In this document: in pieces, positions 38,433-49,319 of the stretch
Numbering within the stretch: the first letter of the stretch is position 1
Layout: the number at the start of each line of letters is the position of its first letter
Assembly (NCBI GenBank): GCA_963720265.1
Contig: CAVRET010000002.1
Span: forward strand, 663,601-727,600
Source: an uncultured bacterium
GTDB lineage: Bacteria; Patescibacteriota; Saccharimonadia; UBA4664
Direction: 5' to 3'
Length of the DNA stretch: 64,000 bases
Notes under the pieces: generated by a model
What the model was told of the DNA's origin: nothing
Databases searched by the model: none
The model's input: only the letters and a program-made list of their open reading frames with translations
Program-made: the position numbers and the translations under genes

Positions 38433-38696
38433 ATGTTCATGCAACCACGAGACCAGCAGCAACAAGGTCAGGATGACCAGCAGGCCCAGCAACAATTCCA
38501 GCAGGACGACCACCAGCAGGACGACCACAAGCAGGATGACCAGCAGCAGGCCCAGCAATTCCAGCAGGATGACGACCAGCAGGTTGATAGCCAGCAACAG
38601 CAAGGCGACCAGCACGAGCAGCAGCCGCATATGCAACAACAGCAACAGCAGCAGGATGACGACCAGCGTCAGCAGCACGAGCAGCACCAGCAATAA
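38433..38696 (+). CDS. Gln/Asp/His-rich low-complexity protein
   Basis: AGAAGGGA RBS; repeats of QQAQQ(Q)FQQDD. Confidence 0.6.
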   Translation: MFMQPRDQQQQGQDDQQAQQQFQQDDHQQDDHKQDDQQQAQQFQQDDDQQVDSQQQQGDQHEQQPHMQQQQQQQDDDQRQQHEQHQQ

Positions 38697-38763
38697 TCGC
38701 CGGTACTGACAAGCTAAAGAAAGTTGTGGCCGGAGCCACAAACACGATACTGTAAGGTTAATC

Positions 38764-40590
38764 ATGTGCGGTATCATCGCCTACTGTGGCAAACCTGAAC
38801 ATCTCATGCAAGACCTCATGGGCGGACTTAAGCGCCTTGAGTATCGGGGGTATGACTCGGCCGGTGTTGCGGTAATCGCCGGAGACGGCGTGTATGTCAA
38901 AAAAACGCCGGGCAAAATTGCTAAGCTCGAGGAGGCCGTTGGCGCCAAGCCACCAAGCCATCTCGGGCGCGTTGGTATTGCCCACACCCGCTGGGCAACT
39001 CACGGCGCTGCTACCAAGGAAAACGCCCACCCGCACAGATCCGCCGATGGGAATATCTGGCTAGTCCACAACGGCATCATCGAAAACTACTCCACAATCA
39101 AACAGGAGTTACAGGCCAAGGGCATTAAATTTGAGAGCGAAACCGACACCGAAGTGGCTGCCAAGCTTATTGGTGATCTCTACGACGGCGATTTGCTAAA
39201 AGCTGTGTTACGGGCCACTGATCGGCTGCACGGCGCTTTTGCCATGTGTGTTATGGCGGGCAGCGAGCCGGGCCGTCTTATCGGAGTTAAGCAATTTAGC
39301 CCGCTCGTCGTTGGCCTGGACAAAGATGCCATTCTAATAGCGTCCGATGCCAGCGCTGTCATACCTGAGACCAAAAACGTCATTTACCTTAAAGACGGCG
39401 AATTGGTGGACGTCCAAAACGGCACGTACACCATCCACGATTTTAAAGGCGCAGTGCGCACTGAGTTGGTCGCCAAGATCAACTGGGATGCCCAGGCCGC
39501 TACCAAACAAGGCTTCGACCACTACTTGTTAAAAGAAATTATGGAACAGCCCACCGCCGTGCGCGAGACGATCCGTGGCCGGATTATCAGGGATGCGGGC
39601 GAAGTTATGCTGGGCGGGCTGACCGATATCCAGGATCGCCTTGCAAGCATAAATCACATCGTGCTGCTGGGTGTTGGCACCTCGAATTATGCTGCCAAGC
39701 TCGGTGAGCTGTACTTTAACGCACTCACTGGAGTGCCAACCAGTGCCGTCATGTCCCCTGAGTATCGCTATACCGACAATCCCATCGACGAGCACACGTG
39801 GCTCATAGCCGTTTCACAATCCGGCGAAACCGCTGACACTATCGCCGCGATTGAAAAAGCCAAGCATCACGGCGCGCTTGTAACCGGCATTGTCAATGTG
39901 GTGGGCTCGAGTATAGCGCGAATGACCGATGCCGGCGCCTACAACCACATTGGGCCGGAAATTTCGGTCGCCTCCACCAAGGCCTTCACTTCTCAGGCAG
40001 TGCTTTTGCTCTTACACGCGCTGTACTTTGGGCAAGTTCGTGGTAGCACCTCGGCTCTGGCACCGCAACTTCTGCTCGCGCTCGAGCGTCTGCCCGAGGG
40101 GATCGGCCGCCTGCTCGAAGAGTACGGCAGCATCGCCGAGGTAGCAGCCGGACTCAAGAGTTACCACAATCTGCTCTATATCGGCCGCCGCTACAACTAC
40201 CCCGTGGCGCTCGAAGGCGCACTCAAGATCAAAGAAATCGCCTATGTGCACGCCGAAGGCCTCAGCGGTGGTGAGCTAAAGCACGGCTTTATCGCACTCA
40301 TTGATAAAACCATGCCGACCATAGCACTTGCTACTCGCGATTCGGTCACCGACAAGATGCTCGACAACATCCAGGAGGTCAAAGCTCGCGGCGGCCGAGT
40401 GATCGGCATTGCGAGCGCACCAAATGATCTCTTTGATGACACCATAACGGTGCCGGATGTCGGTCCCGAGCTGCTTCAGCCACTGGTCAACAATGTGGCG
40501 TTGCAACTCCTGGCCTATTATTCAGCCAAGCTGCGCGGGCACAACATCGATCAACCGCGCAATCTCGCCAAGAGTGTCACGGTCGAGTAG
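38764..40590 (+). CDS. glmS: Glutamine--fructose-6-phosphate aminotransferase
   Basis: MCGI N-terminus, LEYRGYDSAG, HTRWATHG, SQSGET, PRNLAKSVTVE. Confidence 0.97.
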   Translation: MCGIIAYCGKPEHLMQDLMGGLKRLEYRGYDSAGVAVIAGDGVYVKKTPGKIAKLEEAVGAKPPSHLGRVGIAHTRWATHGAATKENAHPHRSADGNIWLVHNGIIENYSTIKQELQAKGIKFESETDTEVAAKLIGDLYDGDLLKAVLRATDRLHGAFAMCVMAGSEPGRLIGVKQFSPLVVGLDKDAILIASDASAVIPETKNVIYLKDGELVDVQNGTYTIHDFKGAVRTELVAKINWDAQAATKQGFDHYLLKEIMEQPTAVRETIRGRIIRDAGEVMLGGLTDIQDRLASINHIVLLGVGTSNYAAKLGELYFNALTGVPTSAVMSPEYRYTDNPIDEHTWLIAVSQSGETADTIAAIEKAKHHGALVTGIVNVVGSSIARMTDAGAYNHIGPEISVASTKAFTSQAVLLLLHALYFGQVRGSTSALAPQLLLALERLPEGIGRLLEEYGSIAEVAAGLKSYHNLLYIGRRYNYPVALEGALKIKEIAYVHAEGLSGGELKHGFIALIDKTMPTIALATRDSVTDKMLDNIQEVKARGGRVIGIASAPNDLFDDTITVPDVGPELLQPLVNNVALQLLAYYSAKLRGHNIDQPRNLAKSVTVE

Positions 40591-40606
40591 CCCTTGATGG
40601 GATAAA

Positions 40607-42004
40607 CTAAATACCGGCCTTGACGACGCGCTCGAGCAATTGAGTGAGGAGGTCGTGCGCCATATCAATCTCCGCCTTGCTTACCAGCAGATTTGGCGCC
40701 ATTGTAATCACGTTCTTATGGTAGCCGCCGATATCAAGCACTAAACCCAAGGGCTCGCCGTCATGCGATAGATTGCCGTCGAGCCCTTCGTTAAACAGAA
40801 AGTCAGCCCGTTTTTCGCTCGGCGTCCAGCCGTCGTCTTCACAAAGCTCCATCCTGAGTGCGAGTCCCAAACCGTCGACATCGCCCACAATGTGCGGAAA
40901 ACGGTCTTTAAGATCGCGCAATTTATCCAGGAAATACGCGCCCTTGTCAGCAATCTCAGCTTCCCGGTTCTCCCACGCTTCAAAGTAATCCAAGGTCGCG
41001 AGCCCAGCCGCTGTCCCCAGCGGGTTGCCGGCAAACGTTGAGTGCGCCGACCCGGGGTGAAAAGCCTGCGGCGTAATCAATGATTCCTTGGCCCATAGCG
41101 CCGACAGCGGGTTCATACCGTTAGTCATGGCCTTGCCAAACACGATAATATCCGGCGTCACGTCAAAATGCTCAATCGCCCACAATTTGCCGGTCCGGTA
41201 AAAGCCCATCTGAATTTCATCAACCACCAGCAAAATGCCATATTCATCAAGTACTTTTTTAAGCTCTTTAAAATAATTGCGCGGTGGAATAATATATCCG
41301 CCCGTGCCCTGGATCGGCTCCACAAACACGGCCCTAAACTCACTCAACTTGTGCTTAGCATCGTACACGCCGTTATATTCCGATTCAAACAGATGTTTAA
41401 ATTGGCTCACGTAATAGTCGGTTATATCGGAGACCCCTTTGGGCGCCCGGAATGTGTACGGAAACTCAATGAACTCCGCCCGGTCGCCGAAGTGCCCAAA
41501 CCGGCTGCGGTACCGGTAGCTCGACGTGATGGCCGAGGCCGCAATTGTGCGGCCATGATAGCCGCCCTGAAACGCAAACACGCGATTATTGTGCGTGTTC
41601 ATACGCACAAGCTTCAACGCATCTTCCACGGCCTGCGCGCCGCCCACATTGTAGTGCACCCGGCCTTTTTCACCAAAGCGGCGCTCTGCCGCCCGGGCTA
41701 GGCGCGCCGCCAGCATGATGCGCCCTTCGTGTAGATATTGTGATGCCAGCTGCGGCAGGGTGTCGATTTGCTGCTTGATCGCATCATTGATGGCCTGGTT
41801 GCCATAGCCCAGGTTAACCGCCGAATACCACATTTGCAGGTCAAAAAACTTTTTTCCGGCTGCATCATACAGATAGGAGTCCTTGCTGCGATCAAAGATA
41901 TCGGCTCGGTCGGCATAATGAACCGTGTCGCCATACGAACAATAGGCTTTCTCAAGCTCTAGTAGTTCCTGAAATGATTCGTGCTCATGAATCTGCATAA
42001 TCAA
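40607..42004 (-). CDS. PLP-dependent aminotransferase, class III
   Basis: GGYHGRT, FVEPIQGTGG, DEIQMGFYRTG, DIIVFGKA, STFAGNP. Confidence 0.9.
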   Translation of the reverse strand: MIMQIHEHESFQELLELEKAYCSYGDTVHYADRADIFDRSKDSYLYDAAGKKFFDLQMWYSAVNLGYGNQAINDAIKQQIDTLPQLASQYLHEGRIMLAARLARAAERRFGEKGRVHYNVGGAQAVEDALKLVRMNTHNNRVFAFQGGYHGRTIAASAITSSYRYRSRFGHFGDRAEFIEFPYTFRAPKGVSDITDYYVSQFKHLFESEYNGVYDAKHKLSEFRAVFVEPIQGTGGYIIPPRNYFKELKKVLDEYGILLVVDEIQMGFYRTGKLWAIEHFDVTPDIIVFGKAMTNGMNPLSALWAKESLITPQAFHPGSAHSTFAGNPLGTAAGLATLDYFEAWENREAEIADKGAYFLDKLRDLKDRFPHIVGDVDGLGLALRMELCEDDGWTPSEKRADFLFNEGLDGNLSHDGEPLGLVLDIGGYHKNVITMAPNLLVSKAEIDMAHDLLTQLLERVVKAGI

Positions 42005-42019
42005 CTCTCACTTTACCAC

Positions 42020-43249
42020 TTATGCTTGCCCGATCCCAGATGCAATCGCGGGTTGTGGCTGAGCCGGCGCGCGGGCCGACAACACTTCCAATACACTCGA
42101 AGCCGATGCGCTCCAGTTGCCGTCTGCGTCCCGAGCCCGCACTTGCAGCGTATAGGAACCAGGGTTCAGGGGAGAGACAATTGAAGCCGACAGGCCGGCC
42201 TCCGATACTTGCATTGGTATGCCGCCGCCGGCGCTTGGATCCTTCGCGCCAAAATACTCGCCTTCAACTGCCGGAGACCCACGGCCGAGTAGCGGCACTG
42301 TTAAAGTCGTCGGTGCACCACTCACAACCGGGTTGGCCGACCATACCGGCTGCCCGAGCTCCGGCGACATTTGCCGCATATGCACGACGATTTCGTCACT
42401 GGGCAAGCCCTCCGCGCCTGCCGCGCTGGCGGTCACGCAGTAGCGATGGGAACCGGAGCGGACGGTGGTGTCAACAAAACTCGTGCCGCTAGATCCGCCC
42501 AGCGCAAGCCCATCACGGTAAATGTAGTAGGCTTGTGCTTCCGGCACCGGCAGCCAGACCAACGTCAGCGTTTGTGTAACAGAGGCGGCCGCAAGCTTCA
42601 TAGGGGCTGCAATTGCCGGAGCCGGCACCGGTGCGGTTGCGGGGCCGCTGACGGGCTGAGCTGTCGGCGTCCCCATCAAGGCCTCACGCCTGCCCAGAAT
42701 AATAGCCACAAATAAGGCGTTGACGAGCAGAATGTCGATCGGGGAGGCAATCGCCGTAATCCTAAGATCCGTTGCGGCCAGAAGCGCGGCTAACCCACTG
42801 ACCGAACTCAAGAAAAACGTTGACCAGGTTTCCTCAAACGGCTTTTGCCACATATGTTTAATCGTTGGCAACGAGCCGATAAGATCCACAATCACGGACG
42901 CCAGCACTGCCATGGCAGGGGAGTTAAACCACCACCACAACCCCAGCCCGACCAAAGCTCCGATCAGACATACAACGTCGAAGCTTGCGATCGCGAGAAT
43001 TCCCGCCATCATCAGCCCGAGCACTGCGATCGTCAGAGTTTCGACCGTTTCGCTCGCGGTCAGCACCGCACTTGCGTACTGGTGATCGCTAAAAGATGCC
43101 GCCGCTGCCAGGCCGGTTAGCAGCGACCACACCAGCCACGTCACAACCCTGGGCTTGGTCTTCTGCGCCCAAACATCTCGCAAGTACGGCACGCCAGCCC
43201 CCAAGGTCAACGCGCTACTTACGACAATAAGTATCGTCCTGATTAGCAA
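42020..43249 (-). CDS. Multi-TM protein with C-terminal FN3/Ig-like domains
   Basis: About 7 TM (KPRVVTW, PFEETW); YYIYRDG, SFVDT, YTLQVRARDADGNWS. Confidence 0.7.
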   Translation of the reverse strand: MLIRTILIVVSSALTLGAGVPYLRDVWAQKTKPRVVTWLVWSLLTGLAAAASFSDHQYASAVLTASETVETLTIAVLGLMMAGILAIASFDVVCLIGALVGLGLWWWFNSPAMAVLASVIVDLIGSLPTIKHMWQKPFEETWSTFFLSSVSGLAALLAATDLRITAIASPIDILLVNALFVAIILGRREALMGTPTAQPVSGPATAPVPAPAIAAPMKLAAASVTQTLTLVWLPVPEAQAYYIYRDGLALGGSSGTSFVDTTVRSGSHRYCVTASAAGAEGLPSDEIVVHMRQMSPELGQPVWSANPVVSGAPTTLTVPLLGRGSPAVEGEYFGAKDPSAGGGIPMQVSEAGLSASIVSPLNPGSYTLQVRARDADGNWSASASSVLEVLSARAPAQPQPAIASGIGQA

Positions 43250-43320
43250 ATCTCACCCTTCTTATCCGCATTATATCAACTAAGCATAGGCGTTATACAG
43301 CAGTCTGGTATACTGCGCTC

Positions 43321-43980
43321 ATGATACGGGCCGCAATCTTCGATATGGACGGCTTACTCGTGGACAGCGAGCCGCTTTGGAGGCAAGCCGAAACCAAGGT
43401 TTTTCGTGACCTCGGTGTGCCAATCACCACGAAAAGCGCGGCCGAAACCACGGGTCTGCGCACCGATCAAACAGTGCATTACTGGTATGAGCGCTATCCC
43501 TGGAAAGACACAACTGAGGCAGAGGTAGGCAGCCGCATTGACCAAACGGTACTTGAACTAATCCGCCGGCTGGCAATACCAAAAGTTGGCGTTCACGAGG
43601 CCATCACAGCCTGCCGGGAGCTGGATCTCGCGATTGCCCTGGCGTCATCGTCGTCACCGGATATTATTACAGGTGTTGTCACAAAGCTGGGGCTCGAACA
43701 CGAGTTTAGGGCTACGCATTCAGCCGAAGCCGAGGTCTACGGCAAACCCAACCCGGCGGTCTACCTTGATACAGCCAAGAAGCTGGGCCTAGCTCCCGAG
43801 GTCTGCGTAGCACTCGAAGATTCGCTCAACGGTGTGATTTCAGCCAAGTCTGCCGGAATGTATTGCATCGCTGTACCTGACGCTTCGGAGCGCGACCACC
43901 CGCAATTTAGCATTGCCGATAGGGTGGTGGATTCACTGCTTGAAGTCACACCCGCACTCATTCGGAGCCTCACGCGCTAA
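43321..43980 (+). CDS. HAD sugar-phosphate phosphatase (HxpB/YniC-like)
   Basis: FDMDGLLVDSE, ASSS, KPNP, EDSLNG. Confidence 0.9.
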   Translation: MIRAAIFDMDGLLVDSEPLWRQAETKVFRDLGVPITTKSAAETTGLRTDQTVHYWYERYPWKDTTEAEVGSRIDQTVLELIRRLAIPKVGVHEAITACRELDLAIALASSSSPDIITGVVTKLGLEHEFRATHSAEAEVYGKPNPAVYLDTAKKLGLAPEVCVALEDSLNGVISAKSAGMYCIAVPDASERDHPQFSIADRVVDSLLEVTPALIRSLTR

Positions 43981-44015
43981 TGCCCGTGGTCGTCACAGCG
44001 GAACCACCGGCCGGT

Positions 44016-45413
44016 TCACGAGTCCGTATCACGTATCGGCGCCACCAGCGGTTCTCGTTCAAACAGCTCGGATAGAAAATTATTGGTCCACCAAAACACG
44101 TCTTGTTGTCGCACATTCGCCAGCAGCGAATTCCAGCGCCGGCCCTGCTCCGGCAGTCGCATATGCAAAGCGTGCCTGAGGCCGCGCGCAATATCATCGA
44201 CATTAGCAGGGTTAACCAAGACGGCATCGTGCAGTTGCCAGGCCGCACCAATGGTTTTGCTAAGGACCACGGCGCCCAGTTTCGCTCCGCGAGCCGCAAT
44301 ATATTCTTTTACCATCAAATTCATCCCGTCCATGATGGGCGTCACCAAAAACACATCCGCCATCCGATACAAGGCATTAAGCTCTTCAAAGCCATGGCTA
44401 CGGTATTCCAGTGACACGGGAGTAATGCCCAGCCGCTTCCGGTAGCCTGCGTTGATTCGCGCCACTTCCTGTTCAATCTGATCCTTCAACAACCGGTATT
44501 CCGACAAATCCTCGCGCGACGGCGCCACCACCATGTGATACTCCAACTTGCCGGCCGGGTAATGTTCCAGCACCTTTTCCACACCTTGCAGCTGCTGGAT
44601 AATCCCCTTTGTGTAATCAAGCCGCGACGCCGATAAGATCAATCTCGCATCCGCCGATTTGAGTAGTCGTAGTTGCTTGAGGTAGGCGATAACTTCACGC
44701 TGCCTGCCGGCTGATCGGTACGTCTTGTAATCAATACCAATCGGGAACGCCTTCACTGTAGCGCCTGGCTTAGGTTCAATGCCGGTGGCCTTGAGGCAGT
44801 CATTAAAATTACGCACATCACGTTCGGTCTGAAAGCCCAGCACATCAACCACACTCAAACTTTCCAACAACGGCCGGTGGTGCTTCCATTGCAAAAACAC
44901 CGCCGCTGTCGGAAACGGGGTGTGCAGGAAAAAGCCGATGCGGTTGCGAATTCCACGTTCACGCAAAACCCGCGGCAGCAATTGTAAATGGTAATCATGG
45001 ATCCAAATCACATCGCCGGCCTGGAGGTTGGCCTCCACGGCATTGGCAAATAAGTTGATGACCTCCCGGGTCGCTTTCCAATCCGCTTCTTGGTCGAGCT
45101 TGGCCGGCTTAATGCCGTGGAAAAGCGGCCACAACACACCGTTGGACAACCGGTTGTAATAGCGTGTAAGTTGGCGTTTCGAAATCAACACTGGTATCAA
45201 AAGATCTGGGAAGTTGAGCTGCAACAACTGCTGTTTGGTGAGCCGTTGCCAGGTGCCCGGCCACCCAATCCACAGCATTGGATGGCTACTCATGACCGAA
45301 CCCAAAGCTGTCGCTAAACCGCCGAGGCTGCGTTTGAGCACGAGTTCCCCGGCTTCATGCGTAATGTTAACCGGCAAGCGGTTTGACACTACTACTATCC
45401 GTGTTTTTGACAT
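44016..45413 (-). CDS. otsA: Trehalose-6-phosphate synthase
   Basis: VVSNRLP, GGLA, LWPLFH, WIHDYHL, FFLHTPFP, RLDYTKG, DGMNL. Confidence 0.95.
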   Translation of the reverse strand: MSKTRIVVVSNRLPVNITHEAGELVLKRSLGGLATALGSVMSSHPMLWIGWPGTWQRLTKQQLLQLNFPDLLIPVLISKRQLTRYYNRLSNGVLWPLFHGIKPAKLDQEADWKATREVINLFANAVEANLQAGDVIWIHDYHLQLLPRVLRERGIRNRIGFFLHTPFPTAAVFLQWKHHRPLLESLSVVDVLGFQTERDVRNFNDCLKATGIEPKPGATVKAFPIGIDYKTYRSAGRQREVIAYLKQLRLLKSADARLILSASRLDYTKGIIQQLQGVEKVLEHYPAGKLEYHMVVAPSREDLSEYRLLKDQIEQEVARINAGYRKRLGITPVSLEYRSHGFEELNALYRMADVFLVTPIMDGMNLMVKEYIAARGAKLGAVVLSKTIGAAWQLHDAVLVNPANVDDIARGLRHALHMRLPEQGRRWNSLLANVRQQDVFWWTNNFLSELFEREPLVAPIRDTDS

Positions 45414-45449
45414 ATACTTATCAGCCTCAACACATTACCGTGGGCAAGT

Positions 45450-46211
45450 ATGGACAGCAGACTAACAGGGCACTATGTACAAAGTCACAAGCGGTTACTG
45501 TTGTTTGACTACGATGGCACCTTGGTCAATTTTCACCGCGTCCCAGAAAAGGCTACGCCAACGGAAAGACTAATGCAAGTACTGCGACGGTTGTGCGCCG
45601 ACCCTCACAACCAAGTGGTAATTATTTCCGGCCGCGATCGGCATTTTCTCGATCGTTATTTTGCCAAACTACCGCTCGCACTAACGGCCGAGCACGGTTA
45701 CCTGGTGCGTGATAAAGTCGGAGTCTGGCGTGAAACTAAAACCCAGCCGCCACACTGGAAGCCAATAATTCGTCGTGAACTGGACGAGGCTGCTCGCGAC
45801 CTGCCCGGTGTCAAGCTCGAAGAAAAAGCCTCATCGCTGGTTTGGCATTTCGACGGCGCGACTGACGAAGCGGCCTGTGCGGTCGTGGCGGCCGATTTGC
45901 GTGAACGACTTAGGCCCCAGCTCGACCAGCTCGGTCTTGTCGCCGAAAGCGGCCGTAAAATCCTCGAGGTCCGGATTGCAGGAGTAACGAAAGGTCATAT
46001 TGCGCGCCGGTGGCTTGACGCTGCGCCCTGGGATTTTGTGCTGGCCGCCGGCGATGACACAACCGACGAAACCATGTTTGCAGAACTACCACCCGGCGCC
46101 TTTAGCATCAAAGTGAGGCCCGGCGCCACCGCTGCCCGCTATCACCTCGCCGACGCTGCAGCCATGCTCGTCCTGCTCGAAGGCCTCACGGCATCGGCGC
46201 CAACCCCATAG
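45450..46211 (+). CDS. otsB: Trehalose-6-phosphate phosphatase
   Basis: FDYDGTL, ISGR, AEHG, GDDTTDE. Confidence 0.93.
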   Translation: MDSRLTGHYVQSHKRLLLFDYDGTLVNFHRVPEKATPTERLMQVLRRLCADPHNQVVIISGRDRHFLDRYFAKLPLALTAEHGYLVRDKVGVWRETKTQPPHWKPIIRRELDEAARDLPGVKLEEKASSLVWHFDGATDEAACAVVAADLRERLRPQLDQLGLVAESGRKILEVRIAGVTKGHIARRWLDAAPWDFVLAAGDDTTDETMFAELPPGAFSIKVRPGATAARYHLADAAAMLVLLEGLTASAPTP

Positions 46212-46237
46212 TGCATCTCTATCCTCAAAGGCTGGGG

Positions 46238-47818
46238 TTAACTCGGATCGTGGGCCTCATGTGCGAAATCGGCCACGGGCTGGGCGGGAGGGGCAGCACT
46301 CTCGGCCGTCGTCGTGGCAGGAGGCGTCGTACTTGGGGCTGCCGAAGGAACGGCTGTACGAATGGTAAAAATCGCCAACAAGCCGGCGGCCAGCGCGAAG
46401 AAACCTGCCACCAATAATCCATTCTCAAATCCATGCACGGTCGCGGCCGCCACAAAGGCCTGAAACATCGGCGTCTGCGGCAGCCCTTTGATCAGGTTGT
46501 GCAAATAGTTGGCCGCGCTCGACGTTAACACGGCCGTGATGGCTGCCAGGCCAATCGCGCCTCCAATTTGCTGCGAAGTTGTCAGCAGACCCGAAGCCAG
46601 CCCGGCCTCGGTTGGCGCCACTCGGGAAGTGGCCGCGATCGTGGTACTCACAATGGTTGCACCCATACCAAAGGCCATAATAATAATGCCTGGCGCCACA
46701 CCACTCCAGTAGTGCCCGGCCAACTGGATCCCGGACTCCAAAAACAAGCCGGCCGCCATCAGCATTGGCCCGCCGATCAAAATCGGCCGGTAGCCGATGC
46801 GCGCAATCAGCCGCGGTACGTTAGTGGCCGCAATCGCAATACAGACCGGGAAGATCAAAAAGCTAAAGCCGGTTTTCACTGGTGAGTAGCCCAAAATTGT
46901 CTGCACATACAGCGTCACGATAAACAACGAAGAAAACACGCTCGCCGACATCAGCAGCATCTCCAGATCAGCTCCGGCCATGTTGCGGGTCCGGAAAATC
47001 GATAGCGGCATGAGCGGGTACTTCACCGACATCTCGTTAAATATGAACCCAGCCAGCGCCGCCAAGCTAATGTCGAAAAACAATAATGTGCGGGCCCCGG
47101 TCCAGCCATAGGTTGGCACAATTGACAGAGCATAGACCAAGCTAATCAGGCCTCCGGTCACCAACACGGCCCCGGGCAGGTCAAGATGCTTACGTCCAGG
47201 CGCCGGTGCCAGCTTCGGAATCACCGCCAACGTGGCAGCAAACACGACCACCCCGATCGGCACATTAATGAAAAAGTTCCACCGCCAACCCAAATATTGG
47301 GTAAAAATGCCGCCCAAGAGCACGCCCAAAGCGCCGCCGGCGGCGGCAATCGCACCCCACACCGATAGTGCGATGTTGCGTTGTTTCGTCTCCTGATAAG
47401 TGATAAGCACTGTTGACAATGCGGCCGGTGACATGAATGCCCCGGCCAGACCTTGCAACGCTCGGAACAAAATCAGCATGTCACCCGACCGCGACAGCCC
47501 TGAGCCCAACGATGCCAGTACGAATACGGTGAGTCCGCTCAAAAACAGCTGGCGCCGGCTAAAATAGTCAGAACTGCGGCCACCCAGCAATAAAAACCCG
47601 CCAAAGGTCAGCGAATAGGCTGTTAGGATCCACTGCAAATTGGAATCAGTCATGGAGAAATCGCGCTGAATCGACGGCAGTGCGATGTTCACGATCGACA
47701 CGTCCACGATCAACATAAATTGTGCCGCCGCCAGCACTACTAGCGGCAACCAGCTGATTTTTGGCTTCACTTCGGAAACGGCATCGGCATCCATCATCAT
47801 ATCCTTGCTGCGTCCCAT
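46238..47818 (-). CDS. MFS transporter, DHA2/EmrB family
   Basis: DVSIVNIALP, GGRSSD, WRWNFFINVPIG; 14 TM. Confidence 0.9.
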   Translation of the reverse strand: MGRSKDMMMDADAVSEVKPKISWLPLVVLAAAQFMLIVDVSIVNIALPSIQRDFSMTDSNLQWILTAYSLTFGGFLLLGGRSSDYFSRRQLFLSGLTVFVLASLGSGLSRSGDMLILFRALQGLAGAFMSPAALSTVLITYQETKQRNIALSVWGAIAAAGGALGVLLGGIFTQYLGWRWNFFINVPIGVVVFAATLAVIPKLAPAPGRKHLDLPGAVLVTGGLISLVYALSIVPTYGWTGARTLLFFDISLAALAGFIFNEMSVKYPLMPLSIFRTRNMAGADLEMLLMSASVFSSLFIVTLYVQTILGYSPVKTGFSFLIFPVCIAIAATNVPRLIARIGYRPILIGGPMLMAAGLFLESGIQLAGHYWSGVAPGIIIMAFGMGATIVSTTIAATSRVAPTEAGLASGLLTTSQQIGGAIGLAAITAVLTSSAANYLHNLIKGLPQTPMFQAFVAAATVHGFENGLLVAGFFALAAGLLAIFTIRTAVPSAAPSTTPPATTTAESAAPPAQPVADFAHEAHDPS

Positions 47819-47870
47819 ACTGTAGCAATCTGGTGGGCCTGGTCAAGTGGTTGTTTGATACACTTGGATT

Positions 47871-49259
47871 ATGCCGAACCCAAATCTTTCCGATCTCAGG
47901 CGCGATATCGAGAGTCAGCGCGCCACTTTTGAGCAGCGCTTGAGCCGGCTCGTGGCCGTACCGACGGTGAGCGCCGACCCAGCCCATCTGCCTGACATCA
48001 GGCGCGGTGCCGAGCTCGCGGTTGAGCTATTACAAAACGCCGGGCTCCAGGCCGAATCCGTTCAGACTGCCGGCAATCCGGTTGTGGTCGGGCGTCTGGT
48101 GCAAAACCCCGGCTTTCCCGCAATTACGCTCTATAATCATCTCGACGTACAGCCGGCCGACGCGACGGCCTGGGAGACTCCGCCATTTGATCTCAGCATC
48201 CACGACGGCCGCTATATCGGCCGCGGCGCCACCGACGACAAGGGCCCGGCGCTGACAATGCTCATGGCAGTCGAATACGCCCTCGCGCATCGCCTCCCGC
48301 TGAATTTCAACATCATTTGGGAACTGGAAGAGGAGCTTGGTAGCCCGCACTTCGAAGCCTTTATGCAGGCTCATACCTCGAGACTGGCCTGCGATGTGGC
48401 CGTGGTCTCAGATACCATGTGGATTTCCAACAAGCACCCGGCTATTTCGTATGGCCTGCGCGGCCTTATTACCTTTGAATTGAGCTTACGGACAGCCGAA
48501 GAAGAGGCGCATTCCGGTACGGTGGGTGGCGTCGCCCGTAACCCAATCAGTGAGCTCGCCCAGGCCATTAGCGAGTGCTATGACGCGACCACCGGCCGCG
48601 TTCTGATTCCCGGGTTCTACGATAACGTCCGCTCCGCTTCAGCTGCCGAGCTCGAAGAATTTGTGCGTTCCGGATTTGATGTCGACCAATTTGCCAAAGT
48701 TCACAAACTCCTAAAACTGCGCACGCGCGAAACCAAAGCAGTCCTGTCACGCATTATGGCCGAGCCCACCTTTGAGGTACACGGCCTGGTTGGCGGCTAT
48801 ACTGGGCCGGGCATTAAAACCGTGGTACCTCCGAACGCTACTGCCAAACTAAGTACACGTCTCGTGCCAAACCAGGATCCCGAGGCCATCTTTAGGCTTA
48901 TTAAAACCTTTACTACCGATCGCCATCCCGATATTCAGGTAAAACTCGAAGCCGGCGCTGGGCCGTATCTCGGCGACGTTGATGGACCGTATATGCAAGC
49001 GGCTCGAGCGGCCATGCGAGCAAGCTTTGGAGTCGAGCCGGCTTTAGTGCGCGAGGGCGGCTCGATCGGTGCTGTGCTCTCGCTGCAGCGACATCTCAAA
49101 GTTCCAGTTATTATGCTTGGGCTCAGCCTGCCGGAACACGGCTATCACGCCCCGGGAGAAAACTTTGATTGGCACCAAGCTGCAGGCGGCACAGCCATGT
49201 TTGTAGACTATTTCCAAGCCGTGACAGATATGCAGCCTAGAAACCACAAACTATCTTGA
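47871..49259 (+). CDS. M20 family metallo-dipeptidase
   Basis: HLDVQP, GRGATDDKG, EEE, HSG, GGSI, HAPGE. Confidence 0.92.
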   Translation: MPNPNLSDLRRDIESQRATFEQRLSRLVAVPTVSADPAHLPDIRRGAELAVELLQNAGLQAESVQTAGNPVVVGRLVQNPGFPAITLYNHLDVQPADATAWETPPFDLSIHDGRYIGRGATDDKGPALTMLMAVEYALAHRLPLNFNIIWELEEELGSPHFEAFMQAHTSRLACDVAVVSDTMWISNKHPAISYGLRGLITFELSLRTAEEEAHSGTVGGVARNPISELAQAISECYDATTGRVLIPGFYDNVRSASAAELEEFVRSGFDVDQFAKVHKLLKLRTRETKAVLSRIMAEPTFEVHGLVGGYTGPGIKTVVPPNATAKLSTRLVPNQDPEAIFRLIKTFTTDRHPDIQVKLEAGAGPYLGDVDGPYMQAARAAMRASFGVEPALVREGGSIGAVLSLQRHLKVPVIMLGLSLPEHGYHAPGENFDWHQAAGGTAMFVDYFQAVTDMQPRNHKLS

Positions 49260-49319
49260 ATATAGTCATCGATACGCGTACCATAAGCATTAACAATAAC
49301 GTAAAGAAAGGAACGAAGC

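Noticed and set aside
38697-38763. glmS ribozyme
   Set aside because: The gap is only 67 nt and I cannot see the conserved core.
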